From contig NC_087250.1 of assembly GCF_037042905.1 (NCBI RefSeq), positions 13,766,001 through 13,830,000 on the forward strand: a DNA stretch of 64,000 bases, read 5' to 3'. The notes below the pieces were generated by a model that saw only the letters and a list, made by a program, of their open reading frames with translations, was not told where the DNA came from and did not search any database. Below are positions 1 through 13,971 of this stretch, piece by piece; the stretch's first letter is position 1, and each line of letters starts with the position of its first letter. A program made the position numbers and the translations under genes. Origin of the DNA: Lytechinus pictus (Eukaryota).

Positions 1-451
1 GTGTCACCAAAGGTTTTATAAAAAGATCCTATAACTTGTTTATGTGTAGGTGTAAGACATCCAGGCCAGGTCTTACGAAGAGTGTCATTGATCCAATAAA
101 TTTCAACTTTGGAAATCCATTGATATCATAATTCTTTGAAGAAATGTCCACTCCATTGTAAACCAAAAAGATCACATTTATTGATCATGAAAACGATGTA
201 TGCACAAGTGCCCATCATATTGAGAATTGATTTTGTTTTAACAAAATGTGCTCTACAGGCTTCCTGAGTTTTGAAGAGCTGCGATTGATCCGAATGATCT
301 CGTGTATAAATAGAAAGCCAGCGGGGCCAACATGTAGAACATCCATTCAAACTTTTTACTAAATACAATATACATTTGGAACATGTATCATTGTCTTGAC
401 AAAATAGGGTGCTTCTTCATGTCCAAAGGGACATTGTGCACAATTTCTATA

Positions 452-926
452 CAGTGTGTCCCACAAAAAAGGAAACCCGTTTTCAGATACAGACTTCACA
501 GTTATTCAATATGTTTTCACTATAAATTTGACACTTGTGGAAAGAGTGGATTCTCTTCTCTAGTTTGAGACCTTGCAAATCTTTTCCGTGTGGGAGAATA
601 CAAACGGTAAATATTGAGGCCTATCAGAAACTTGCATGTGAATCTGAATCCACTCTCATATTAGAGATCACTGACTTCATTTAAGAGATCACTGAACTTC
701 ATATCAAACCAATCTTCTCAAATTTGTCTGTGCAACCTGATTTTGACATTGAAATTTCAAATTTGTCTTGCTCATATGTGCATGAAATTTCTGCCTCATA
801 TTAGGTTTCGAAATAGAGAGCAATTACAAATAATTTTCTGAAGATGTAAATGAAATATACAGTAATTAATTTGCCTTTGAAGAAAAAAGATGTGAATTCT
901 GGATTCCTTTTTTATGGGATACACTG
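452..926. mobile_element. Tc1/mariner-type MITE
   Basis: TA|CAGTGTGTCCCACAAAAAAGGAA ... TTCCTTTTTTATGGGATACACTG|TA: imperfect terminal inverted repeats with TA on both sides, no ORF. Confidence 0.75.
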
Positions 927-1366
927 TATAAGAATAAATGAATTATGATATTAATTGAGCTCCAGGTTTAAGTTGATAAGATCAGTAGCAATTCTTCTGA
1001 AAACTGGTTTTGTATGTACGATCGAGGATACCTTTAGTAGAGTTCTGCATGAGAATGAAAATTGATGACAATTTGTTAAAAATCAGTACTTGAAATTGGT
1101 ATGAGATGCAAATATAACAAAGATGAAATGTGAGCAACCTATATTATTTATCCTTAAATGTTCATCAATGTTTGTTCTTGAAAATCTTTGGTAGGTGAGG
1201 AAGTAGCTGGGTATATGTAATTTGATTTGTATATGACCCATTGATGAAAATAATTAATTTCTGTCAAGATTAGGGAGTCAATCATTCCTAGAATTAGACC
1301 ACTCCCTGCTGACTTAAGAGGATTTTTAAAAAATAATGTTACATCGGTGCTTGTCATGTATCTGAA

Positions 1367-2415
1367 TCACATCTGACTGTAGTTTTTCCTCATGTGATCC
1401 TGTAAATGTTCAGTTTCTATGCCTGAGAGACAATACATGCTCAGCATTCAAATATATGTATTTTGAAGTAACGAGTACAGACTTAGTGAGAAACGTACCC
1501 TTGAATGTAAATCCTGTAACGAAAGTTATCATTATGCAAGTTTATTTGTAGAACTGATGAAACATTCCATTGCTCTAAACCTATTTTCATGATAAATCCA
1601 GTTCTAAAGATGTATCACGGAATAATTTTCCTGGTAGTACATCGCAATATGCTCCACTTTGTTAAAGACTGCTACAAAAAAGTCTTTAATGTACATTGTA
1701 GCAGAATATTTAGGAGGACTGTACAGAACACAATTGGGAGCTTGATCAATAAGATTATGCATTACATATCATATACGCGTCGGCATTTAAGTGCAACTCG
1801 AAGTCATACTTTACACTTTGTGAAACACCCCCCTGGTTTGGGTAGTATTAAAGTCCAGGGGAGTGTTTCACAAAAGTCAAATGTGTCTTAGAATCATGTT
1901 TGAACACCAGCACGCATGCATGATGTGGTATGTAACTCATAATCCATTGCTGACTACGCCGAAGTGCACGTCTCCTGAGCTTGATCTGACCATTGCGGTG
2001 ATCATTATATACCATACGCAACTGGAAATCTCAGTGTGATTCTAGTCACTTCGGTCATCTGTGAAAAACCACCCATAAATTTCCACATAAATGAACTACT
2101 GTTAATTCTCTGTATTGGTCGATTTTCATGTGTTGAATATCTGCCCATGTCTATCAATGTTTTATAGTCTTTGAACATTTGACCGCATGTGAGTGCTACT
2201 GAACATGTATCATGGGCAAAGTGTGGGCTTAAGCATTAATATCGAGTACATTGGGTCAATTATGCACAATTTAGCATCCATCTTTTAAATGTATTAAGGT
2301 AATGATATATATACCTTGGGTAAAATACAAATTTCTGTGAAATATTTCATGATCGTTTGTTTTCTCCATTTTCATCATGTAATGGGTGGGTAATTGGATT
2401 GACTTATATGTATTA
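1367..2415 (-). CDS. Possible 3' exons of an unidentified gene (2415-2315, 2195-2100, 1513-1499, 1422-1367)
   Basis: AG/GT-bounded segments join in one open frame (NTYKSIQLP...FTQ-A-LTCGQMFKD...QRIN-R-FTFK-G-IETEHLQDHMRKNYSQM*). Splice sites are partly weak and the product is not recognised. Confidence 0.2.
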
Positions 2416-2859
2416 CTGTTCATCATAGAGTTATATATATGAAATATGATCATATTATGGTATTGTTATTATTGAAATATATATGTAAAGAAAAGTGGTG
2501 AATTTGCCCTGTGTCATAATTGTGTTTCTTACTGTTTTAACACTATTATTTGCAGTGCAGTTTTGAGGAAGAATTCTTGGGTGTTTCGGCTTGAAATAAT
2601 CCACAGATTATTTTTATACAAACAAGCCATTTATTAAAAAAAGATAATATTTGCTTTGATCATTAATACAACAGGTGTGCATAAATGATTTGATAATTCA
2701 GAAAGCTGGTATATAACACATATGTATTACATTATAACTTCTGGGCTTTTTCTTTTAGTAATTATATGCATATCAAATTATGTATACAGTTTCTCTGCCC
2801 TGTACACTATTGTTGCTGGTACCAATGCACTACAATACTGTACATGTAAATATACCATC

Positions 2860-3082
2860 CAGAGAGGGAGAGAGAGAGAGAAACGCACATAGAGAGAGAG
2901 AGGGAGAGGGAAAGAAAGGGGTGAGGGAGGGGGAGAGATGGGAGATGAGAGAGGGAGAGAGAAAGGGGAGAAGAGATGGGGGAGAGAGAGAGACAGATGG
3001 AAGGAGAGAGAAAGACAGAGGGAAGGAGAGAGAAAGACAGAGGGAGTGAGACACCCACACACACATTGATACATAGAGACAG
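2860..3082. repeat. (GA)n / purine-rich low-complexity tract
   Basis: Degenerate GA/GGA repeats, which generate the spurious ORFs at 2778-3074. Confidence 0.9.
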
Positions 3083-5205
3083 GGAAAATGTATTTTAGAT
3101 GCGAAATGATTTAAAAAGTGAATTTAATGTAGATCTTTGCACTAACATGTTGGCATTATTACCCTTTGTATGCGAACATCCACCTCCATCCCCACCAAAA
3201 AAATGGAGAAAAAGTTCAAATTTTTATTCACAATTTATATCAAGGTCGGATACCCAATAAACAGTGCACAAGTCGTGTTTATTAATTCGATTATAATCAT
3301 TAATATGCCAGACTTAATGCTCAACGTTACCTTTCGTCTACCACTACTCTTTGGTCAGCTCGACCATTTTGTTTATAAGATTTATGGCATGTCTACTCAT
3401 TGCACATGTCCAATTAAGAAAACATCTCACAAGTGACGTAACGGATGTTACACGCACTTTCTTACAATTAAAAACTGCATTGATATTCCTTCATTACACA
3501 GTGGAGATTGTATATAATGATACAATTTCACATAATAACTAAATATCCATATCCAATAACCGTGATTGTTCTATAAGCATAATAAGGGGTAATTCTCTCT
3601 TTATACATATATATATATATATATACACAACAAAAAAAGTAAGTCCCCCCTTAAACAAACATCAATAATTTCCGAACCAATGCGAGTTTTTAATATATTT
3701 TTACATGAGCGTGTAGGTAATTTTATAAGCTACCCTCTGAGTAAATGTTATGGACGTATTTTACGTCATGCTTCAGTGAGCACCGTCAGAAGGCAAAAAT
3801 GTCACTTTTCAAAAGTCACAAGCCAAATATCATGACTTTGATTCCATTTTATTGGAACTTATTCCATATTCTTATCATGAAAAATAGTCAGAAGGCTTGT
3901 AAAAGGTACTTTCTAAAAGACGATAAAAGTTTTTTGGCTAAATTTCACGGTTGAATAAACACAAGTCCAAATTTGCTATAATTGGATATTTTACACGTTT
4001 CTATCAATAAAAATGATAGAATATGATGACAGTTATTTTTGGGAAGAGTTTCTTCATCAGTATTCATCGTTTCATGGTTCAATGAACATTTATTGAAAAC
4101 AAAAAATACGATTTTCCAATATCGTAGCCGTAGGCAAGTATTGTTTCATTTTGGTAACTGAAAATGATCTTTTCTCAACTTTTTCGTTGTGTTCATGACC
4201 AATTAACATGCTTCAATGATTCAAAGGCGTTTAATTAAACATTCACGTTTGAATGAACATGTGGAATGTGAATAGCTCTTTTTTACGTTATTTGAAAAAA
4301 TGCAATTTGTAACTTTGGATATCTGTCACAAACCTCCTTGCATAGTTCATTTGATTGGATTTTTGTGAAAATCCCGATGTTTAATGCATCGGTGAGCACA
4401 CAATACTCGAAAATTATGCAAATGAGAAGAAAGTTCAAGGCCCTGGCCCCACTCCGTGCCGCATCGAATGGTTATTTTGGTGTTCGCGCCTTTTGGATAG
4501 TGTTACTCTGAAGCCATGTGCGAAGTTTCATAAAATAACTGTTGGCAGAAGTAACAAAAACCGTCCATGAAACAAACCCTCATTTCATATTTGTTAAAAT
4601 TTTGACTTCCTCTCTCATAGACTTATGTACATTATGGGTGCATATGTTTACAAATAAGTAACCCCTTATTCAATGTGGTGGAACTTTTTTTCAAGGCTAT
4701 CTTTAGCAATGTCGTTTGGCAGTAATGTTTATCAACCTATGGGCAAAATTCTGTGCAAAAATGAAATCGATTTGTTTATTTATGGATGAGTGAGCACGAA
4801 TCAACGTGGGAAAATTTGTATTTTCAATGTCACAGTCGCATTTTAAAGGGTAATATAGTGATTATTGGGGGCAAATTCGGTTTCCAATGTGACTTTAATT
4901 GCTGTTGTTTTTATCATACATCATTTCTATCACCACACACTTTCCGAATTTTAAACATTTTCATGGTTGAGCGAGCATATTCGAAAACTTAGGAATGAAT
5001 ACTGTTTATACTGCATAAATGTATTCTTTTCCTAACAATTTCTCAGGATCAGTTGAATGTATGGACAAATCAGTGGTGGGTCCAGAATTTTATAATGGGG
5101 GAGGGGCCTATAATCGGGGGAGCCACCAACATTTTCAAATCTTAACATGATCTAACAAGTTGTAGATGATACTACCATAAACCCCTATGATGATACGTCA
5201 CAGTT

Positions 5206-5384
5206 CAGGGGCCGCGGAACGGTTTTCAAAGTGGGGGGGGGGGGGGAGACAGAGCCAAAAGTGAGGGGGGGGGGCTGATCATGCAAACAAAAATCAAAAT
5301 CGTATGGTCATTTTTACATTTTTGTACATGTTTTTGGAAAAAAGTTGGGGCTGAAGCCCACCCCCCCCGCTTCCGCAGCCCCTG
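5206..5384. mobile_element. Short hAT-like MITE with poly-G/poly-C tracts
   Basis: CAGGGGCCGCGGAA ... TTCCGCAGCCCCTG TIR, no clear TSD. Confidence 0.65.
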
Positions 5385-5428
5385 CAATACATTGTGCTCA
5401 CTCAACCATGAACATGCGATATCAAAAT

Positions 5429-5617
5429 CTGGTGGGTGTTTCATAAAGCTGTTCGCTAGATAAGAGCAACTTTAAGAGCGACTGGTGAACCTTTTTTGCA
5501 TGCTAAATAATCACCAATGAACATTTAATTGTGAATATCATTTACCACAAGAAAGGATCACCAGTCGTTCTTAAAGTCGCTCTTAACTTACGAGCAGCTT
5601 TATGAAACGGCCCCCAG
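5429..5617. mobile_element. Hairpin MITE (same family as 62416-62599)
   Basis: GTTTCATAAAGCTG ... CAGCTTTATGAAAC inverted arms, with an inverted copy at 62416-62599. Confidence 0.75.
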
Positions 5618-5913
5618 GTCTGAAGTGGTTGAATGATGGATAGTAAAACAGCATAACGCCATAAAATTCACCTAAAAACAACTTTTGCCCAACTTTGTAT
5701 TTGAACAAACTGAAAAACGACTCTTGTGACTTTTAAAAATGGTCATTTTTAATTCAATCTTTAATTACTCATGCATGACTCAACCGATTGATCTCATTTT
5801 TCCCCAGAAGTTGCCTAATGAGTGCAGAAAACCACCTATGAAATATTATATCTCAAACTAATTCGCTTCAAAAGTTACAGCAATTTGATTTAGGGTGGAC
5901 TTACTTTTTTTGT

Positions 5914-5915
<2 letters not shown>

Positions 5916-5972
<57 letters not shown>
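5916..5972. repeat. (TA)n microsatellite
   Basis: Perfect TA run. Confidence 0.95.
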
Positions 5973-5974
<2 letters not shown>

Positions 5975-6356
5975 CACTCAGTATCTAATTATTGTTAACG
6001 CCATGATGACAGTCTGTCTCCTGTTAACAACAGATCGATGTCCGATTTCTCAGCATTTTTGGCGCCCAAACTACTAACTCTGAAAAAGAATGACAGTTAT
6101 AAGTTTTCATGATCATCAAAATGTGATATCGGATGTCTAATAACTAACATTAACGTTTTGTCCAATGTATAATTATGGTGGACCACGGTTAAAAATAATT
6201 GATTGATATATATGTAAGACTGTCAATCTATAGATTCGGTTGTTAATGTTGCAAAGTGCATGACCGTACTCTTAGGGTTGCCTCACTACTTTCTCACATA
6301 ACATCGATGGTAGTGCAGGAGTGATACTAGTAATTAAAAAAAATGATCAATCATAA

Positions 6357-7124
6357 TCAATTATCGTTATTATCGTCGACAACAGTTATATCAAAAATAT
6401 CATGGGGTATTTCAGATGCAGGGAACTTCTCATTGACTTCTGGTCTCAAAGTCAAGTTCTTCAAAACTTCGGCGGGCCATGTTTGTGAGTAACTGATGTT
6501 AGCTGCGACTCTGTCCACCTTGCGGAGCTCAGCAAGAGTGAGTTTCTTAGGTCCCCTCCTTAAGCTCCCCAATCCAAGTTTATTGGGAGGGTTGCGCCGC
6601 ATATCCATCAGAAGCGTTATGTTGTCGTGTCGCCGAACTTCCCGATTCCGTTGTCTCTTTGCGTTTTCAAGATAGGAAAAGGTAGTTTCATTTAAACTTC
6701 TGGTCAAATTACCAATCACAATTTTTGTCTTTGAATTGTTCTTCTTATCTCGAAGTATATCTCTAAAAACATATTTCTTTGATGTGTTATCTAAGTACTG
6801 GGATTTGATATTCTTCCGAGTTTTAGCCGGATCTGCTGAAGTGAATTTCTTTAGGGCGTTGTCACTGAACTTTGCGCCAGCTTTCTTTGAGAATTCGCCT
6901 GATTTAGATTCTGTAGAAGCGGTGTTCATTGATCGTGTCATTGTCAACGCTTCTTTCATGTCTTTCCTGTGAAGATAGAGGATCTCCTTGATTCGAAGAT
7001 CTGTTTGGGGGTTCGTATTTTCCCCGCTCTGATCTAAGTAGCATAGAATGACATACATCGCAGAAGAAAAGGCGATGAGGCCTCCGATGAGATATAACAT
7101 GTTACACATGCATAGTCTCTTCAT
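6357..7124 (-). CDS. 255-aa putative type II (signal-anchor) membrane or secretory protein of unknown family
   Basis: Long non-repetitive ORF. Short basic N-terminus, hydrophobic LYLIGGLIAFSSAMYVILCYL, several N-x-S/T sequons (NTS, NLT, NET, NIT, NIS). Candidate acceptor at 7156-7157 just upstream. Confidence 0.6.
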   Translation of the reverse strand: MKRLCMCNMLYLIGGLIAFSSAMYVILCYLDQSGENTNPQTDLRIKEILYLHRKDMKEALTMTRSMNTASTESKSGEFSKKAGAKFSDNALKKFTSADPAKTRKNIKSQYLDNTSKKYVFRDILRDKKNNSKTKIVIGNLTRSLNETTFSYLENAKRQRNREVRRHDNITLLMDMRRNPPNKLGLGSLRRGPKKLTLAELRKVDRVAANISYSQTWPAEVLKNLTLRPEVNEKFPASEIPHDIFDITVVDDNNDN

Positions 7125-7482
7125 ATTGGCTCACTTCGGGACACACTGCTTGCACCTACTATCATCATGAAATTATATAGATTATGTCAAACATAATATA
7201 ATTAGGATAATATTGTCCACTTCGAGTCCAGCAGATGTCATCGGCAAAAGGTAAATCACATCTGGGGCTCGTTTCATGAAAGGACTTGTCACCTATGGAT
7301 TCCGATAAAGAGATTTTCATCCCACAGTTACCGTAGGATGTGCTCCTCTGCCAATCCAAATCGAGGTAAGTAGACCGAAAAAGCAAATGAAACCCTCTCC
7401 TGGTTTAAACCTATAATTCACCTTGAAAATGCCTATTAATGGTATATTGTTTAGTATGCCCAATCTCTCACAATGATGTCCG

Positions 7483-7649
7483 GGGGGGGGGGGGGGGCGT
7501 TATGAAAGGACCTGTCGGACGTTTTATCCGACAAGTCTCATTTTATCCGACAGTTACCATATAAAAGTACCTCTCAGCCAATCAGAATCATGGAAAGATG
7601 TCAGATCTGACAACTAGTCGGATGAAAATATTGATGACACGCTCCCCTG
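7483..7649. mobile_element. Hairpin MITE (family of 59576-59738)
   Basis: Shares AAAGGACYTGTCGGACGTTTTATC and AGCCAATCAGAATCA core with the inverted copy at 59576-59738. Confidence 0.7.
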
Positions 7650-9437
7650 ATTCCTCCATGCTGGTGCCTCCATTACAGAACCATCTCCTAACTCAATGAT
7701 CGTAAAATTTCAATACAAGTGTTACTTTTGCCTTCTTTTCTCTTTTATCGGATCACAAGCTTCGACAGTACCAAAATAGGTTGCAATCAACTACTTCAAT
7801 TTACTGTAATTGTACCTGCCAGTCCCCCTGCGAATACATCAGTAGTAATACGTCCAGAAGGTGGTCTGTACTCAGAGAGGAAGAAGAATAATTTAACGGT
7901 GCTTTTAGGACGATGCCTGTTCACTTATCATCAAATATACGAATGTTTCCACACTGTCAGTTTCAAGCAGCTGCATGTGGCAAGAGATGATCTGTGGTAA
8001 TTCAGAAAATTCTGTATCAGCATAAGATGAAAGACATTCAAGTATAAATCAAGATTTTCCACAATTTATTGCCTGTCCTTCCATATGTCTATTGAAGTGC
8101 CATCATCGTGTCGAGTATTTAAGATTTCCTTTGAGCATGGAGTTATTCCTTCACGTGCTACTCCGATAAGTCCATTTTGGAGCTATCTCCTATATAGCCG
8201 ACTGGACTGCAAAATGATAGTCGTTGATATTCACTCTTATATTTACGTGCACTACTGTGCATGAGAACCTTTTTTGTCAATGATGTCGGCGGTAAATCCA
8301 TTCGGAGGTATCGTTTGTATTAGGTATCATTTCCTCATCCGAACTTTCTCATTAAAATGTTTAATTACTATTCATTTGACATCCACCTTCACTATTGTAA
8401 TCCAGAGTGCACTTTCAAAACTATCCAACATTAAAAGCACTTGAGGTGTTGCCTAAATGCACATCGAAACTGAATATCTTTTCATTTCTTTTATAGAATC
8501 AGAAACTCTTCCTTGATATTGATATGTTATTAATCAATCAATTGTCCCCTTAGATGAATGTAAGCATGTTCCTTCTGCTTGCATGACGTGGTCTGGTCTC
8601 AATATTAATGCACATGTCTTTATATAGGATAAGATATCATCCGCAACCTTTACAACCTTTGCGCATTCTTTAAAGGATTGACTAATGATCATATTCAAAA
8701 GGACAGGCTCGTCCAAAAAAAGTTAGCATCTGAATGTTGACAGTGGTTGATAGTGAGTAGGTCCGTACAATGATCAACCTAAATTGAATAGAAACCCAGA
8801 CAGAAATAGCAGTCAGTATACAGACCCGTAGATGGTGAGATTCACATGTTGCAGTTATGGTCGTTAAGCATGTACCCCGTCTGAAGGACAGATCATGCTA
8901 AATATGCGAAACTTGACGCTATTTCAGGGAGAACTGCATCGTCGTCATCTAGTTAGTAGCTTCTGCTTAATATCATGCAAAAAACATATATCGTAAGCAT
9001 TTTGAAGAGTTTGTATGTTTGGTTCTGACGTAGGGATTCCGTTCTCCTCGTCTCCCTACTATAATGGAGAAAGGATAATATATGTCTCTATATCCTCTCG
9101 TATCACACACCATGAAACAAATAAATGCCTTGCTCGATATACCATATGGCATTGTAAATAAATAGTAATATTATGCTCCGCTATTCTGCATATACGGTTT
9201 TTCATTTCCCGCCTCATGAAATATTGATTGGTGTCGAGATTTGAACAGATGTGCGGGTGAAAGAAAAAAACACAATAGTGTTTATTAAATTTTCCGCCCC
9301 AACGTCTTTCATATCTCGCTCACTATTTTAATTACCATTTTTCTATCACGCCGTTGTTGGCTGAATATAATGTTACGTGTGTGAAGAACGGCTGTAATTA
9401 TAAACACACCATTGACAGATTGAGACATTCATTTTAT

Positions 9438-9641
9438 ACACAGTAAAACAAATTATACAACGCTGTTTACTATATGAACCTTACAGTTTAAACAAGTGTT
9501 TAAATCTTAAGCAACAAAGTTTAATTTTCAATTTCTAATTTTCAATAAATTAAACATGATTGTTTAAACGGTTAAACAAATACTGTAAGGTTCATATAAT
9601 AAACAGCGTTGTATAAAATCTTAAACAGCGTTTTTACTGTG
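9438..9641. mobile_element. Small MITE with CACAGTAAAA termini; partial second copy at 11161-11256
   Basis: CACAGTAAAA ... TTTTACTGTG, internal inverted arms, duplicated fragment downstream. Confidence 0.65.
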
Positions 9642-10622
9642 TATAATTATTAATGATATTTAATAGCTGCTGATATGTGAAGTTTGTAATAACAATTTAA
9701 GAACCATACACACTTAAGACACGTCAGATGCACCATTCGCGCTCCTTTTGGGATGCAACTTTTAACCCTCTAAAATGGTTTTTCATGTATAGGGTGCACA
9801 GTTATACATTTTGTTTGGGTGGGGAGTTATACCGTTTAGGGAAAGTGCGATTTGCACAGCTTGGAAGCAAAATTATAACAAGTGGAAATTCCTCTAAGAG
9901 GATGCAAACCGATTTTCCTTGGAGCAAACAAACACCGTTTTGGGTTACAGTTAGTGATAATTCATTATAAAAACAGAATGATAATATAGAATAAACTAAA
10001 CTAAAAATGAATATATGTATATCTATACAATCAAAGTATTGATCATATTGTAATTGTTTTAAAGAACTATAATCTTTCGATCTAGTTTAACAAATTTTAT
10101 GTTTTAGATACAATTAAGATATAAATTACAATGGAAATATTTTTCCAATACTAGCAAGTATTGAAATCAATCATAAAATGATATAGAAATGGGTTCGAAT
10201 ATTACAGAAGCATAATGTACTCTAATAAAAACATATTGCTTTATGTTACACTTCTCTAGCCCGTTCTTTATTAAGCAAAATGTGAAAATTGAATAATTAT
10301 CGTATGGTATTGTAATGTGTGGCAAATCTGGCACTGTTGAAAAGTCTGTAGGTGATTAGATCTTACATCCAAACCAAAATATTCCAACCACATTCATATC
10401 TGGTACATATGATTTTTTTCTTTTTATCTATTTTGAGGGAGCGGGTGAGGGTATGTAATGACCTTTTAAAAATAAAATCTGATTTTATAACACACTTCAA
10501 CATAATACCCAGCAAATAATTTCATATTTTGGCCCTTTTCGCTTTCTTTCCATTTCTTTTCTTGGTCCCTCGGATATCTTTGCCTTTGTAGTTCTATCAT
10601 TATTTACATTTAATTTAATATA

Positions 10623-11940
10623 CAGTGCGTACAAAAACCGGGACAGTTTTGAAAAGTCTATAAAAAATGTTTCAAATTATGATATCTTTATTTTGACGTT
10701 AATAGATGCTCTAAAATATTATCTTTGAAATGCCATTTAAGAAAATAAATTTTGTTCATGCTTGAGTGAACACGGGACGTTTTTGTCGGGGGTTCAAAAA
10801 GAGGCTTGCGCCAAAATGGCAGAAATTATAAATTTGACGATCAGACTTCTTCCTAATCAGCAGACTTCATTTTAACCTTTTCATTTTCTTTGCCATGATT
10901 TTCGAATTATGCTGTCAAATTTCATGTACAAATTTATTTATTTACTTGAATTTTTTTTTTCAATTTAAACTTCTTTTACCTTTTAATTTTCCTTCATAAG
11001 TTTAAGAAAAGAAGACTATTTGTCAACCCAGTTAGATTTGCATTATTAATTGGGAGAACTTGAAATTATTCAAATCCTTTTATTATGTAAAAGGAATTAT
11101 GTTATGGTACCTTTAAAAACATGAATCCTATTTTGAAGGGGGTATTGTTTCCTTGACCAACACAGTAAAAAAATTATACAACGCTGTTTACTATAAATAT
11201 AAACCTTACAGTAATTGTTTAAACAGTTTAAACAAGTGTTTAAATCTTAAGCAACAGATCAAACAGGAAAGGATTCATGTCTTTCAATGGCAATGGTGTA
11301 CTGGGTCAATATTGAAGGAGCTAGATATGGCAGATCAGATAAAATGTATTAAAAAGTTGTGAGCGAGCGAAGCGAGCAAGCAAAAATTTCAAAATTTTGA
11401 TTTAAATATCAATTTTGTCATAGATTTTGACATAATATTCAGAAAATAAATCATATTTCACTTTCTATCTTTCCTTTTAATTCCTTTCCACTTTTTCCTT
11501 TCTACTTTTTTTCTCGCCCATCTGTATATGCCACTGTTCAAGGCAGTAACTTTTGTAGCACACAATGAAAGGATCGGTTGAAATTATTTTGTTTTTGCTC
11601 AAAGAAGGAATATTCAAAAAGAGAATAAAAAGAAACAACAGAACAATTCAAGAAAATAAACAGATTTGAAAAATGAATTATTTTGACCGCATAATTCGAA
11701 AATTATGGCAAAGATGATGATGTAAAGTCCGATTATCATCATTCTATGCCATTTTGGTGCAAGCCTCCTTTTTAACCCCTGACAAAAACATTTAATTCGT
11801 GTTCGCTCAAGCATGAACGAAACTGAAAATTTTTAATGGCATTTGAAAGATAAAACTTCAGAGCATCTATATTAACACCAAAATATAGACATCATAATTT
11901 GAAACAAAAATTGTATAGACTTTAAATCTGTCTCTTTTTT
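10623..11940. mobile_element. Degenerate Tc1-like MITE with nested fragments
   Basis: TA|CAGTGCGT start. The 10655-10770 segment is inversely matched at 11800-11925. Confidence 0.55.
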
Positions 11941-12057
11941 ATAGGGGAAGGCGGGGTAAGTTGAGCCATTTTTGTTTCATGTTAGAACTTATATGATTCG
12001 TAATCTTGTAGAAATAAGTACCTTGTCTTAAAATTTAATTCTTGGGAAACATTTTTA

Positions 12058-12058
<1 letters not shown>

Positions 12059-12117
<59 letters not shown>
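12059..12117. repeat. (TA)n microsatellite
   Basis: Perfect TA run. Confidence 0.95.
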
Positions 12118-12119
<2 letters not shown>

Positions 12120-12277
12120 ATTCTACCCCCATACTGAAATTCATTGTCATCTTTGAAAAAAATATGTCAGATATATATGGATCAACTTGCCCCACACATG
12201 GGGTAAGTTGAGTCACCTTCTAGGATAATTGAGCCACCGTACAAAATGTATGGGACAAGAACAAGCATGACAATTTT

Positions 12278-13970
12278 CCCGGGGGGTCACTCTCCACATA
12301 GCTTCTACACCCGTGTCCGACAACCTCAGTGCACCCTAAACGGCGTAACTACATTAACTAAATTTGCAACCCTAAATGGCGTAACCCATGAGAAAAGCCA
12401 CCCATAGTGCGTTATAACTGGGAAAAGCCCCTAATTCGATACCCTAAGTGGCGAAAACATATCGAAATCAAATTGATACCATATACTGATTACTGATGTT
12501 AAATTTATGTTACATATAAATTCCCGGCATTTTTTTTTATCATTGCAAGTATATAAGGCCAGCATAATTTAATCTCAATGACACCTCTCTTAGCCACTTT
12601 GTATAGCCATCTTTTAGCCTAAATTAATGAATGAAAGTGAAAAATGTTGCTTGCCTTGACTGACTGATGCTTCACTTACCATTCGTTCTACCAATCTCAT
12701 CAAAACTTGAAGAAAAAAAATGGAATCCATACCATTAATGTGTTGAAAAATACATACATTATAATTAAACCTCTATATATTTTCTTTTTTGTTGTTTTAA
12801 TAATAATTAAAAAACAAATCATAGGAATCCCCGGTATGAATCAAACAAAATGGTATATAGACTAATTAGCCTAAAACCTAGGCGTGCTGCCTATATAGTA
12901 TAGAGCCGGGGGTAAGACTAGAGACTATACTGTATACGGGCCGGGGTATTTCTCTCATGAGTGGCCGGCGTGTGCGAGGATTATTTTGTATATCCCTGAA
13001 ACCACTCCCTTCATGGTGTTTGCTAATTAGGTCTGCTCTCGAATCTTCTCAAATTTGCAACCCTAAACGGCGTAGATCTATACATATCTTAATTATTGTG
13101 TTGTTGTTTGGGGCAATTGCAGTCGAACGAAATTTAGAAAAATTATTTCAATTGCAGAAAAAAGCCCTAATTCGCATATGAATGTATGGGATGTCATTAT
13201 CAAGCCCATTCTGCCCCACTGTTTCGAAAAATAAAGTCTCTTAATATTTATGATTTGTATTATTTTTCTATTGCATTAATTGGTTTCTTTTATTTCCAGA
13301 ATAAACTACGTACCTCTTAATATCCATAAAATGTTTACCCTTAATCACCGGATACATAATCACAATACTCGTTTTAAAGATTCACCTATGGCCAGTTAAA
13401 ACTAATGACGTAATGAAATGTGTAAGACATAATTTCCCTGTAATTTGGAACTCCACCCTTGGAGATGTAATTGAAAGCAAGTCTGTTATAGGTCATTCAA
13501 AAAAAGATTGAAGCAGTTCCTTTATCTTAAATATATGTATAGTTATTTTTTTTCTTGTAGATCGATTGACACCTTTTTCTGTTGTTTTTTCTTGTTTATA
13601 ATCATGTTTAATTCTTTATCTTATTGTTTCTCTATACCATGTCATGTTATTAATGTTTTGGGAACTGCGCTTCCACAAGCTAGGCCACTTAATTGGCTTT
13701 ATTTATGCAGTTCCCGGCCCATTTCATTTTCATTTTTACTCTTACTTGTAAATATATTGTTTTTCATACCTTGCTTTATAATTGTTTTTATCGAGAATGA
13801 AATAAATGCAAATTGAATTGAATTGAATATTTGCATCCCTCAATGGCGTCATCTTCATAACCAAATTAGCAACCCTAAATGGCGTGTAGAGAGAGAGAGA
13901 AAAGGCTACCCTAAACGGCGATTTACCAGCTAGCGTATGGTGCTGAAATGCAACACTCTTTGCCAAAGAC
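12278..13970. repeat. Interspersed repeat with recurrent CCCTAAAYGGCG motifs
   Basis: Motif at about 12333, 12370, 13060, 13873 and 13909, after a CCCGGGGGGG start. Boundaries approximate. Confidence 0.45.
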
Positions 13971-13971
13971 G

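Larger units (their letters stand above)
3626..5917. mobile_element. Non-autonomous Tc1/mariner-like element (~2.3 kb) inside (TA)n, with nested MITEs
   Basis: CACAACAAAAAAAGTAAGTCC ... GGACTTACTTTTTTTGTTGT inverted termini, with (TA)n on both flanks. Confidence 0.75.

Noticed and set aside
2778..3074. Four overlapping ORFs (Leu/Ser/Pro-rich or Glu/Arg-rich)
   Set aside because: Translations of a GA microsatellite
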